From positions 9,291-73,290 of the forward strand of contig JAJPJL010000083.1 in assembly GCA_021324255.1 (NCBI GenBank): a DNA stretch of 64,000 nucleotides. The letters run 5' to 3'. Below the pieces are notes generated by a model, which saw only the letters and a program-made list of their open reading frames with translations, did not search any database and was not told the origin of the DNA. Position 1 is the first letter of the stretch. Each line of letters opens with the position of its first letter. Source of the DNA: Bacillota bacterium. Lineage in GTDB: Bacteria; Sysuimicrobiota; Sysuimicrobiia; Sysuimicrobiales; Segetimicrobiaceae. The position numbers and the translations under genes were made by a program. Positions 1 to 8,888 of this stretch are shown here, piece after piece.

Positions 1-1
1 G

Positions 2-1657
2 GCGCGTGCGGCCGCGCCGGGCCGCGGCGCCCAGGGTACGCTCAAGCTGCTCTACTGGCAGGCGCCGACGATCGTCAACTCGCACCTCGCCACGGGCACC
101 AAGGATTTTCACGCGTCGCGCGTGGTGCTCGAGCCGCTGATGACGGCCGACACGAACGGCACCTTCCGTCCGATCCTCGCGGCGGAGGTGCCGTCGCGGG
201 CCAACGGCGGGGTGGCGGCGGACGGCCGATCCGTCACGTACAAGCTGAAGCGCGGGATCAAATGGGCGGACGGGCGACCGTTCACGTCCGACGACGTGGT
301 GTTCACCTACAAGTACGTGAGCAACAAGGAGACCGGCGCCACGACCTACGGCTCGTACGTCAACGTGGCGAAGGTGGAGCCGGTCGACGCCTACACCGTG
401 AAGATCACGTTCACCGGACCGACGCCGGCATGGTACCTGCCGTTCGTGGGCGATTTCGGCAACATCCTGCCGCGCCACGTGCTCGACCCGTACGTCGGCT
501 CCAACTCCCACAACGCGCCGTTCAACCTGAAGTCATTCGGGACGGGGCCGTACAAGGTCGAGACGTTCCACCCCGGCGACTTCGTCATCTACTCGATCAA
601 CGAATACTATCGCGACCCCGCCAAGCCCGCGTTCAACCAGGTCCAGATCAAAGGCGGCGGGGACGCCGTCTCCGCCGCCCGCGCGGTGTTCGAGACCGGA
701 GAGTACGATTACGCCTGGAACCTGCAGGTGGAGTGGTCGGTCCTCGATCACATGATGCAGGGCGGCAAAGGCGCGTTGCTCAACGCCCCCGGCGGCGGCG
801 TGGAGCAGATTTACTGCAACCAGGCCGACCCCACCAAGACGGTGGACGGCGAGCGCGCCTCGATCAAGGCCCCGCACCCCTTCCTCACCGATCCGAAGGT
901 GCGGCAGGCGATGGGCCTGGCGCTCGACCGGGCGACGATCGCCAAGCAGCTCTACGGGCTGACGGGGGATGCGACCGCCAACACGCTCACCATCCCGGCA
1001 CGGCTCAGCTCCAGGAATACGAAGATGGTATTCGATCTCGACGAGGCCAACCGGGTGCTGGACGAGGCCGGATGGAAACGGGGACCCGACGGGATTCGCC
1101 AGAAGGGCGGCGTGCGGCTTCAGGTCTCGTTCGCAACCAGCGTGAACACCCTCCGGCAAAAGGAGCAGACGATCGTCAAGGACGCGTGGACCAAGATCGG
1201 GATCGAGACGAACCTCCAGACGGTGGACGCGGGCGTCTTCTTCAGCAGCTCGCCCGGCAACAACGACACGTTCCATCATTTCTACTGGGACACGGAGATG
1301 TTCACCTCGAGCCCGAGTTCCCCGTTCCCAGCCCAATACATGACGCGATTCTATAGCGGTGACCCGGCCAAGGACATCCCGCAGAAGGCGAACAACTGGT
1401 CGGGCAACGACATCACCCGCTGGGTGAGCAAGGAGTACAACAGCACCTACGATGCGGGCCTCAAGGAGCTCGACCCCAAGAAGAACGACGCGCTGTGGAT
1501 CAAGTGCAACGACATCGTGGTGGCGGCGGGCGTGGTGCTTCCGCTGATCGACCGGAAGGCCGTGTCGGCCCGGCTCGGCACCCTGGACACCGGGAGCAAC
1601 ATGACGCCGTTCGACAGCGAGACGTGGAATATCGCGGACTGGCGGCGCACGGGGTAG
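2..1657 (+). CDS. ABC transporter substrate-binding protein, family 5 (peptide/nickel/oligosaccharide type); N-terminus lies upstream of the window
   Basis: The frame is open from nt 2 (ARAAAPGRGAQGTLKLLYWQAPTIVNSHLATG...) into ORF 122..1657. It has family-5 SBP-like blocks (KWADGRPFTSDDVVFTY, GTGPYKV, EYYRDP). Stop is TAG at 1655-1657. Confidence 0.8.
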   Translation, partial: ARAAAPGRGAQGTLKLLYWQAPTIVNSHLATGTKDFHASRVVLEPLMTADTNGTFRPILAAEVPSRANGGVAADGRSVTYKLKRGIKWADGRPFTSDDVVFTYKYVSNKETGATTYGSYVNVAKVEPVDAYTVKITFTGPTPAWYLPFVGDFGNILPRHVLDPYVGSNSHNAPFNLKSFGTGPYKVETFHPGDFVIYSINEYYRDPAKPAFNQVQIKGGGDAVSAARAVFETGEYDYAWNLQVEWSVLDHMMQGGKGALLNAPGGGVEQIYCNQADPTKTVDGERASIKAPHPFLTDPKVRQAMGLALDRATIAKQLYGLTGDATANTLTIPARLSSRNTKMVFDLDEANRVLDEAGWKRGPDGIRQKGGVRLQVSFATSVNTLRQKEQTIVKDAWTKIGIETNLQTVDAGVFFSSSPGNNDTFHHFYWDTEMFTSSPSSPFPAQYMTRFYSGDPAKDIPQKANNWSGNDITRWVSKEYNSTYDAGLKELDPKKNDALWIKCNDIVVAAGVVLPLIDRKAVSARLGTLDTGSNMTPFDSETWNIADWRRTG

Positions 1658-2150
1658 CTCAACCAGCCTCAGGGCAAAATATCGGGAGGCGCTCGTCCCG
1701 GCCGGCTTCTCACCGTCTTCGGCCCTCGCCGCCGGTGCCTACTGCCCGCCAGCCGTCCTCCGGGGTTACCCCCGAAGTACACTTGACCAGCTTTCGGCGT
1801 CCACGTGCGCGAGCGTTTGAGTCGGCTCTCGCCGGAGGATCTGCGCCTCCGAGACCATTCATAGCACCCTGGCCCTGCTCGCGCAATCCGGAAACTCAGT
1901 TCGCGCGATGTCGGGACAATGTGGCTAGCATCCTGTGGACAAGGGTGCGAACGGGCGGCTCAAGGACCGATCATGCGGCGCCAGACGCGCAAGTAGACGG
2001 GCTGTCCTGTGGCATCGAGCGGCGTTCGAGCGCCGGCGACGATGCCCCCATGCGCAGGCCCGGAGTTGGCGGGCAGGACCGACGCTCATGGGCCCAACGG
2101 ACCCGCGCCGGCGGAAGGCCCCCACGGGGTCGGGCGATAATAGCTCGAAG

Positions 2151-3674
2151 ATGACGGACCTCGACCGCCACATCGGCCAGCTGTTCATGGTGGACTTCAC
2201 CGGCTATGCCCCCGATCCCGAGGTGATCCGGCTGATCGAGGACGAGGGTGTCGGGGGCGTGATCCTGTTCGTGAAGAACGTGGCCTCTGCCCGGCAAGTG
2301 GCCACGCTCACCAACGCGCTGCAGGAGGTCGCGGCGCGGGCCGGGTATCCCCCGCTCCTTGTCAGCGCGGACCAGGAAGGCGGTCCCGTCGTCCGGCTGC
2401 CCAAAGAAGCGACACACTTTCCCAGCGCGATGGCGTTCGGCGCGGCGGGAAGCGAGGCGCTCGCGGCATCAGCGGCGGGGGTCACGGCCCGCGAGTTGCG
2501 CGCGGTCGGGATCCACATGAACATGGCGCCCGACCTGGATGTCAACAACAACCCGGCCAATCCGGTCATCGGCATCCGCTCGTTCGGCGAGGATCCGCAG
2601 CGCGTCGCGGGACTCGGCAGCGCCGCCGTTCGCGCCATGCAGGCGTCGGGCGTGCTCGCGACCGTGAAGCATTTTCCGGGGCACGGCGACACGTCGCTGG
2701 ACTCGCACCTCGATCTCCCTGTGGTGCCCCACTCGCGGGCGCACCTCGACGCCGTGGAACTGCCGCCGTTCGCCGCGGCGATTCGCGCGGGCGTCGGGGC
2801 GGTCATGACGGCGCACGTCGTGTACCCGGCGCTCGACCCCGAACGGCCGGCCACGCTGTCCCCGGTTGTCCTGGGGATGCTGCGAACGCAACTCGGGTTC
2901 ACCGGCCTCATCGTCACCGATTCGATGGCCATGCAGGCGATCACGAACCGGCACGCGCCCGGCGACGCCGCGGTCGCGGCGATCATGGCCGGCGCGGATA
3001 TCATCCTGGCGTGCGGCCCCGTCGCGGCGCAGCGGGAATCCATCGAGGCGGTCCGGCGTGCCGTGGACCGCGGGCGCATCCCCGCGTCGCGGATCGCGGA
3101 GTCGGCGGCCCGCGTGGCCGCCGCCAAGGAGCGCCTCAATCTCGGCAACGGTGCCGTCGTTGCCGTCGACCGTGTCGACGCGGCGGTCGGCGCGACGGCC
3201 CACCGGGACGTTGCCGAGCACGTCGCGGAGGCCGCGGTTACGCTCGTGCGCGGCGGCCGGTCCGCGGTGCCGCTCCCGCCCGGGCCGGTTTCGGTGGTGG
3301 CCCTCGACGGGGCTCCGCCCGCGGCGGTCGACGGGCTCGCGGCCGCGCTGCGGGAAGCGGGCCGTGAGGTCGACGTACGCCCGGCCGGCGCGGCGGCCGG
3401 GCACGGCACGCTCGTCGCCGTGCTGGGCCGCCGAACAGATCCCGACGGCGGCGCCCGCGAGGCGGTCTTGCGGATGCCGGGGGCGCCGGTGGCCGCCGTC
3501 GCCGTCGACGTGCCGTACGGGCTTGCGCGGCTGCCCCGCGACGTCGGCTGCGTGGCGGCGTACGGGTGGGATCCGCCGTCGCTACGCGCCGCGGCGCGCG
3601 TGCTGACCGGCAGTCTCGCGCCCCGGGGACGGCTCCCGGTCACGCTCGATGAGCCGGGCGAGGCGCGCGCGTAG
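2151..3674 (+). CDS. nagZ: Glycoside hydrolase family 3 beta-N-acetylhexosaminidase (NagZ-like) with GH3 C-terminal domain
   Basis: Within ORF 1935..3674. I chose the ATG at 2151 (MTDLDRHIGQLFMVDF...) because the upstream part is Arg-rich junk. GH3 motifs are present: KHFPGHGDTSLDSHLDLP and IVTDSMAM. Confidence 0.8.
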   Translation: MTDLDRHIGQLFMVDFTGYAPDPEVIRLIEDEGVGGVILFVKNVASARQVATLTNALQEVAARAGYPPLLVSADQEGGPVVRLPKEATHFPSAMAFGAAGSEALAASAAGVTARELRAVGIHMNMAPDLDVNNNPANPVIGIRSFGEDPQRVAGLGSAAVRAMQASGVLATVKHFPGHGDTSLDSHLDLPVVPHSRAHLDAVELPPFAAAIRAGVGAVMTAHVVYPALDPERPATLSPVVLGMLRTQLGFTGLIVTDSMAMQAITNRHAPGDAAVAAIMAGADIILACGPVAAQRESIEAVRRAVDRGRIPASRIAESAARVAAAKERLNLGNGAVVAVDRVDAAVGATAHRDVAEHVAEAAVTLVRGGRSAVPLPPGPVSVVALDGAPPAAVDGLAAALREAGREVDVRPAGAAAGHGTLVAVLGRRTDPDGGAREAVLRMPGAPVAAVAVDVPYGLARLPRDVGCVAAYGWDPPSLRAAARVLTGSLAPRGRLPVTLDEPGEARA

Positions 3675-4916
3675 CCGATCGGCGAGCCGCGCCATCCCCG
3701 CGGCTCGCGCTGCGCGCAGGCTACCACTCTCCTCGAGCAGCCCATCGACGATCGACAGCGCCTCGGTCACCGCGGCCCGGGCGCCCCGGATCTCGTGTTG
3801 TCGCGCGCGGGCTTTTGCCACCTCTTCCAGTACATGCGCGCGGAACCGGTCGGGCCGCGTCCACGTGCCGGCCTCGGCCTCCCACCGCCGCCGTGCCCCG
3901 TCAGGGTCGCCGGCCGCGCGATGCGCGCGCGTGAGCTTCTGGAGCACCCGCCAGCGATCGCCCGGCTCGCACGCGCCAAGCATGGCGCGCTCGAAACACT
4001 CGATCGCAACGGCGTGCGCGCCCCGCCGGCCGACGAGCACGCCCGTCCCCTCCCAATCGAGCGCCACCCCGGCGTCGAGCGGCGCACGCAGGATCCTGGA
4101 GACCTCGCCGTGCAGGAGCACGAGCGCGAGCAGGTCGGCCCGGTTGTGCACGAGGATCGGATCGAGCGCGGCGCGGTCCGTGTCGCGAAGATATCGGACG
4201 TAGATCCCGGGGATCTCCCAGCCCGGCACGTCGCGGCTTCGGGGCGCTCCGAGCACCTCGGCCTCGAGGGTGCTCAGGCGATGGGTGCCGAGCACCCGAT
4301 GCCACAGCCGCCGCGCCGGGTAGATGAGGTCCGTGTGCGCGTCGAACGACGCCGGGCGCTGCCGCGCGAGGACGAAGCGCGCCTCGATGATGGGCCAGTC
4401 GAACCGCTGCCCGTTGAACGTGACGAGATGCCGCGCTCCCGCAAGCCGCTCGGCCAACACGGTGAGGAGGCGGCGCTCCCCGGAGAGGCGCCTGAGCAGG
4501 AGCTGCTCAACGACGAGCTGTCCGCCGTCCCAGTAGGCCAGGCCGATGAGAAACGCGTACGTGCCCGTGCCTCCGGCAAGCCCGGTGGTCTCCGTGTCGA
4601 GCCAGACGGTCCGTCCGAGGTCGCCGCCGTCGTCGATGGCGCGGAGCGCGTCGCCGACGGCGCAGCGCCCGTGCCGGTGTCCCGGTCCAAATCCCGCGCG
4701 CAGGATCTCCACGCCGTCGCCGGCGGCCGCGGGCGTGATTGCCGCCCCCGGCGAGATCACGGGCCGCGGGGCCGTGGCCGCCGTCTCGCCCGTCCGCGAT
4801 GCCGGCGCAGGACGGCCGAGGGGGCGTCCTGCGCCAGCGCCGAGTCGGCGCAGCCGCTCGCGTATCGCATCGCCGCCGGCCGCGGGGACCGGCGCCTCAG
4901 GCGGGTACGCAGACAT
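3582..4916 (-). CDS. mrfB: RNase H-fold (DEDD-type) 3'-5' exonuclease with helical/TPR-like C-terminal region, YprB/MrfB-like
   Basis: Within ORF 3582..5006. Motifs: WLDTETTGL, TFNGQRFDWPII, HNRADLLALV. It lies immediately downstream of the YprA/MrfA-like helicase and overlaps it. Start is uncertain: ATG 4916 was chosen (20-nt overlap with the helicase stop) and ATG 5006 is also possible. Confidence 0.65.
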   Translation of the reverse strand: MSAYPPEAPVPAAGGDAIRERLRRLGAGAGRPLGRPAPASRTGETAATAPRPVISPGAAITPAAAGDGVEILRAGFGPGHRHGRCAVGDALRAIDDGGDLGRTVWLDTETTGLAGGTGTYAFLIGLAYWDGGQLVVEQLLLRRLSGERRLLTVLAERLAGARHLVTFNGQRFDWPIIEARFVLARQRPASFDAHTDLIYPARRLWHRVLGTHRLSTLEAEVLGAPRSRDVPGWEIPGIYVRYLRDTDRAALDPILVHNRADLLALVLLHGEVSRILRAPLDAGVALDWEGTGVLVGRRGAHAVAIECFERAMLGACEPGDRWRVLQKLTRAHRAAGDPDGARRRWEAEAGTWTRPDRFRAHVLEEVAKARARQHEIRGARAAVTEALSIVDGLLEESGSLRAARAAGMARLADRLRARLARLIERDREPSPGRETAGQHARRGA

Positions 4917-7152
4917 CCCGCAGCAGGCGCAGGGTGCGCCGCTTGGCTTCCGGGCCGAGCTCGAGCACGGGGCCGACGCACGACGGGCACCCGTGCTCGC
5001 AGCCACACCCCTCGACGAGCGCCGCGGCTCTGTCCAGCAGCTCCCCGCGCAACGCGAACAACCGCTCCGCGAGCCCGACGCCGCCCGGGATCTCCTCGAA
5101 GAGCGTCACCGTGGGCTCGCCGGTGTGCGGCGAGCGGATCTCGACCGTGGAGCCCACATCGCGCGGATCCGTCATCAGGTACAGCGGCGCGATGTTGTGC
5201 AGCGCGTGCGCCACGCCGAGCAGCGCTCCCTCGAGCGCGTCGGTGTCCATCTCCGGAACCCGGGCTCGGGGAAAGATCCACCACGCCGCGGTGGTGTGTA
5301 GCGTCGTCTCGGGCAGATGGATCGTCCCGAACCCGACGTTTTCGTGCGTGGCGAGGCGCAACTTCTTGAAGATCGTCGGGCGAAACGTGACGGCCGCCTC
5401 GCCGTGCGCCGCGTCGCGCTCGCGCGCAAACTCCTCGAGCACGCGCACGCCGACCGCGATCTGGGCGTCCGTGTAGTAATCCACGTCGACCTGCCGGACG
5501 TACGCCTTCCGCTCGTCCCAGTCCAGGCGGTCCACGTGGTACTGCCGGCCCAGGTGAATGTAGATGGCGTCCTCGTGCACGAACGCGGGCGCGGACGGCA
5601 GGTCGATCTCCCCGATGACGCGCGGCCGCGGGTCCGTCGTGTCGATGATCACGACATTTTCGGGGCTGGCGCTCCGGAGGCTGACGCCCTCGGCCGGGTA
5701 CGCTTCGGCGACGTAGTGCCACGCGTTGTCCTCGTGGTGCAGGACGCCCTCTTCCTCGAGATACGCGAGGATCTCCGGCAGCGTGTTCGGGCCGAACGTC
5801 TCGCCGTCGCGCAGCGGCAGCTCGAATGCGGCGCACTTGACATGGCTCGCCAGCACGAGCAAATTATCGGGGTTGATGCGCGCCTGCTCGACCGGCTGCT
5901 CGAACAGATACTCCGGATGGGTCGCGATGAACTGGTCGAGGGCGCCGCTGGTCGCCACGAGCACGGCAAACGAGCGGTCGGCGCGGCGTCCGGCCCGGCC
6001 CATCTGCTGCCACGTGCTGGCGATGGTGCCGGGATAGCCGACGAGCACGGCCGCGGAGAGATGGCCGATGTCGATGCCGAGCTCGAGCGCGTTGGTGGCG
6101 GCGACGGCGCGGACCGTCCCCCGGCGCAGCCCCGCCTCGATCGTGCGCCGCTCGCTCGGGAGGTACCCCGCCCGGTAGCCGCAGACCGCCTCGGGATCCA
6201 GGTGCTGACGCCGCGCGGCCTCGCGCAGGTACGTGGTCAGCAGCTCGGCCCGCAGGCGGGTGCGGGCGAAGAAGATCGTCTGCACCCGTCCCTTGAGCAG
6301 CTCCTCGGCGACGGCCACCGATTCGCGGACCGCGTCCCGCCGGATGCCGAGCGCGGGGTTGACGACGGGCGGGTTGTAGACCGCCACGGTGCGTTCGCCG
6401 CTCGGGGCGCCGCTCTCGTCGAGGACCGCGACCGGCCGCTCCAGCAAGCGCGCGGCGTGCTCGCCCGTATTGCCGATCGTCGCCGAGCAGCAGATGAACT
6501 GCGGAGCGCTGCCGTAGAACCGGCAGATGCGTTCGAGCCGGCGAAGCACGTTTGCCAGATGGGAGCCAAACACGCCGCGGTAGTGATGCAGCTCGTCGAG
6601 CACCACGTAGCGCAGGTTCTCGAACAGGCGGAGCCACTTCGTGTGGTGCGGCAGGATCGCGGTGTGCAGCATGTCCGGATTCGTCACCACGATGTGGCCG
6701 GCCGCCCGAATCGTCCGGCGCGCGTCGCCCGGCGTGTCCCCATCGTACGTGTACGCGCCGATCTCCACCTCGAGTGATCGGATGAGTTGCTGGAGCTCGT
6801 CCACCTGGTCGGCGCCGAGCGCCTTGGTCGGAAAGAGGTACAGCGCCCGCGGGCCGCCGCCTCGCAGGATCGCGTCCAGGACGGGCAGGTTGTAGCAGAG
6901 GGTCTTGCCGGACGCCGTCGGCGTCACGACGACGATGTCGCGCCCCGCTTGAACCTCCGCAAACGCTCTGGCCTGGTGCGTGTACAATTGGGCGATCCCG
7001 CATCGGGCGAGCGCATGTCGCAGGCGCGCGTCCATGGCTTCCGGAAACTCCGCCACCTGCGCCGGCTTCGCCGGAAACGTCCGCCACGCCGTGAACTGCC
7101 GCGCGAAGCGGGGTCGCGTCCGGTAGGCGTCGAGGATCTGCTCCAGCGTCAT
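4897..7152 (-). CDS. mrfA: DEAD/DEAH-box helicase with C-terminal DUF1998 four-Cys domain, YprA/MrfA-like
   Basis: 751-aa ORF. Motifs: Walker A TPTASGKT, DELH box (VVLDELHHYRG), motif VI QQMGRAGRR, and C-terminal CGCEHGCPSCV cysteine cluster. GGGAG lies about 8 nt upstream of the ATG. Confidence 0.85.
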   Translation of the reverse strand: MTLEQILDAYRTRPRFARQFTAWRTFPAKPAQVAEFPEAMDARLRHALARCGIAQLYTHQARAFAEVQAGRDIVVVTPTASGKTLCYNLPVLDAILRGGGPRALYLFPTKALGADQVDELQQLIRSLEVEIGAYTYDGDTPGDARRTIRAAGHIVVTNPDMLHTAILPHHTKWLRLFENLRYVVLDELHHYRGVFGSHLANVLRRLERICRFYGSAPQFICCSATIGNTGEHAARLLERPVAVLDESGAPSGERTVAVYNPPVVNPALGIRRDAVRESVAVAEELLKGRVQTIFFARTRLRAELLTTYLREAARRQHLDPEAVCGYRAGYLPSERRTIEAGLRRGTVRAVAATNALELGIDIGHLSAAVLVGYPGTIASTWQQMGRAGRRADRSFAVLVATSGALDQFIATHPEYLFEQPVEQARINPDNLLVLASHVKCAAFELPLRDGETFGPNTLPEILAYLEEEGVLHHEDNAWHYVAEAYPAEGVSLRSASPENVVIIDTTDPRPRVIGEIDLPSAPAFVHEDAIYIHLGRQYHVDRLDWDERKAYVRQVDVDYYTDAQIAVGVRVLEEFARERDAAHGEAAVTFRPTIFKKLRLATHENVGFGTIHLPETTLHTTAAWWIFPRARVPEMDTDALEGALLGVAHALHNIAPLYLMTDPRDVGSTVEIRSPHTGEPTVTLFEEIPGGVGLAERLFALRGELLDRAAALVEGCGCEHGCPSCVGPVLELGPEAKRRTLRLLRDVCVPA

Positions 7153-7208
7153 GCACGGCTCCCTGTCGCCTGGTGCGATCGGTGCGGCGTTGAATGGTTA
7201 CGACCCAA

Positions 7209-7222
7209 CGAACGCCTGTTCG
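7209..7222 (-). promoter_or_regulatory. Candidate LexA (Cheo-type) SOS box CGAACGCCTGTTCG
   Basis: Perfect CGAAC-N4-GTTCG inverted repeat in the 284-nt intergenic region, about 57 nt upstream of the helicase ATG (7152). It matches the Gram-positive/actinobacterial LexA half-site consensus. Confidence 0.5.
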
Positions 7223-7436
7223 CCATCGGGGGAGGGATTCCTGCTTGGCTGGGAAGCGTTCGCGACAGGGCGTCGCGGCGGCAGTGTTTTCCATGGATGC
7301 GCAAAGCTACGTCCGCGACCCCATTGCGGAACGTGCGCCAAGCGATCGGCGCACAGAGGTCGGGCTTCGGCTCAGGGCAGGTGCGTCAACCGTTCTCGCA
7401 CCGGCGTGGCAAATCCCGTGAGGATGAAACCAAGGA

Positions 7437-8888
7437 CTACGCCGCCTCCTCGAGGCCCAATCGGCGGCCGAGCGCCCGAAGGGCCGCCGTAAAGCAGCCG
7501 TAAGGGGCGGCCGTGATCCCGGCCCCGATCTGCCCCATGCCCGGCAGGCGGTGGGCAATGCCGGTGTCGATGATGGGGACGACGCCGCTCTCGACCACGC
7601 GCCGCACGTCGATCGCGGTCGGCGTCCCGGCGAATCCGAGCGACGGAATGCCGTAGGCCTGGCTGCGCGTCAGCGTGATGCGGTACATCGCGCGCGTGTA
7701 CGCGATGGCATCCGCGGGGGTGCCGCCGATAAATCTCACGATGGCGGGCGCCGCGGCCATGGCGAACCCGCCGATGCCGCACGTCTCCGTGATCGCGCTG
7801 TCCCCGATGTCCGGGTTGGCGTCCTGTGCACCGTATCCCGGAAAATACAACCCGTCCGGCACACCCGCGGGCGCCGTGAACCATGCCCCGCCCGTCCCGC
7901 CGACACGGATGCCGAACTCCACCCCGTTTCGGGCCATCGCGGTCACGACCGTCGAGCCGTCGATGCCGTGGGCCGCATCGAGCGTGGCTTTGCACGCCGC
8001 CATGGAGAAGTTGAGATAGAAGTGATCGTTCCCCCGCATGAACTCGAGCGCGGCCGCGGCATCGTCCGGGGCGGCGCGGACCAGCGCCGGGGCGATGGTG
8101 CGGATCAGGATGGACGTCCCCGCGACGTTGCGGTTGTGGCACTCATCGCCCATCTGCAGCGCCCGCGCCGTGAGGTCCCGAAGGTCCACCGGCGACGCCC
8201 GCAGCGTCCGCCCAAGCGCCGGCCCCAGCGTCGCGGCGAACCACCGCAACCGCTCGAGCACGGCCTCGTCATAGGCGCCGTAGCGGAGCATCTTGCCGAT
8301 GCCCTCGTTGAGGTTCGAGAATGCGCGGTTGCCGAACGCCTGGTTCTCGACCACGATGACCGGCATCGACGGCGAGACGATGCCGGCCATCGGCCCGACC
8401 GTCGCGTGCTCGTGGCACGGGGCAAACTCGACGGCGCCGCGGTCCGCGAGCGCTTCGGCCTCGGCGGGCGTCGCCGCCCATCCCTCGAGCAGCATCGCAC
8501 CGATCGCGGCTCCGCGCATCGGCCCGCACATCCGCTCCCACGTGATCGGCGGACCGGCATGGAGCAGCGTCCGCGCTCCCATGCCGGGGATCGCCTCGAC
8601 GGCGGTCCGGACGTCGACCGCCACGGGGCGGCCCTCCACGATCCGGCGCACGGCTTCCGCGTTGGCCCTGGCCACCTGCGCGCCGAACGGATCGTCGGGA
8701 TCGTCCTCGAGCCGCGCCAGGAGAAGCCCGAGCGCCCGGTCCCCCTCGGCCGGCGGTCGCCACTCGACCTGCGCGCATGCCCCGCCGTGAGTCCGGATCG
8801 GCTCCGCGAACCCCGCGAGGCCGATGTTGACGGCGCGAACACCTCCGGTCAAGAGCGTCGATGGACCCCGCGCCGGATCCCCCGTCAT
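7437..8888 (-). CDS. DUF1116 domain protein (YlbE/AllG-like)
   Basis: 483-aa ORF. Its start overlaps the FdrA stop by 4 nt. The FdrA-DUF1116 pairing and general sequence character (GPMAGIVSPSMPV, NEGIGKMLRYG) match the E. coli fdrA-ylbE arrangement as I remember it. Confidence 0.65.
   Translation of the reverse strand: MTGDPARGPSTLLTGGVRAVNIGLAGFAEPIRTHGGACAQVEWRPPAEGDRALGLLLARLEDDPDDPFGAQVARANAEAVRRIVEGRPVAVDVRTAVEAIPGMGARTLLHAGPPITWERMCGPMRGAAIGAMLLEGWAATPAEAEALADRGAVEFAPCHEHATVGPMAGIVSPSMPVIVVENQAFGNRAFSNLNEGIGKMLRYGAYDEAVLERLRWFAATLGPALGRTLRASPVDLRDLTARALQMGDECHNRNVAGTSILIRTIAPALVRAAPDDAAAALEFMRGNDHFYLNFSMAACKATLDAAHGIDGSTVVTAMARNGVEFGIRVGGTGGAWFTAPAGVPDGLYFPGYGAQDANPDIGDSAITETCGIGGFAMAAAPAIVRFIGGTPADAIAYTRAMYRITLTRSQAYGIPSLGFAGTPTAIDVRRVVESGVVPIIDTGIAHRLPGMGQIGAGITAAPYGCFTAALRALGRRLGLEEAA

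Noticed and set aside
4897-7152. Helicase + DUF1998 as a DISARM (DrmA/DrmB) or other defence-island component.
   Set aside because: Helicase and DUF1998 are fused in one polypeptide and followed by a YprB-type exonuclease. No methyltransferase, PLD or DUF1998-only genes are nearby. The candidate LexA box favours a repair role.
7333-7354. Hairpin GTGCGCC-aagcgatc-GGCGCAC downstream of the DUF1116 gene as a terminator.
   Set aside because: It has a 7-bp stem but lies about 83-104 nt past the stop and has no U-tract. I cannot distinguish it from random GC-rich self-complementarity without energy calculations.
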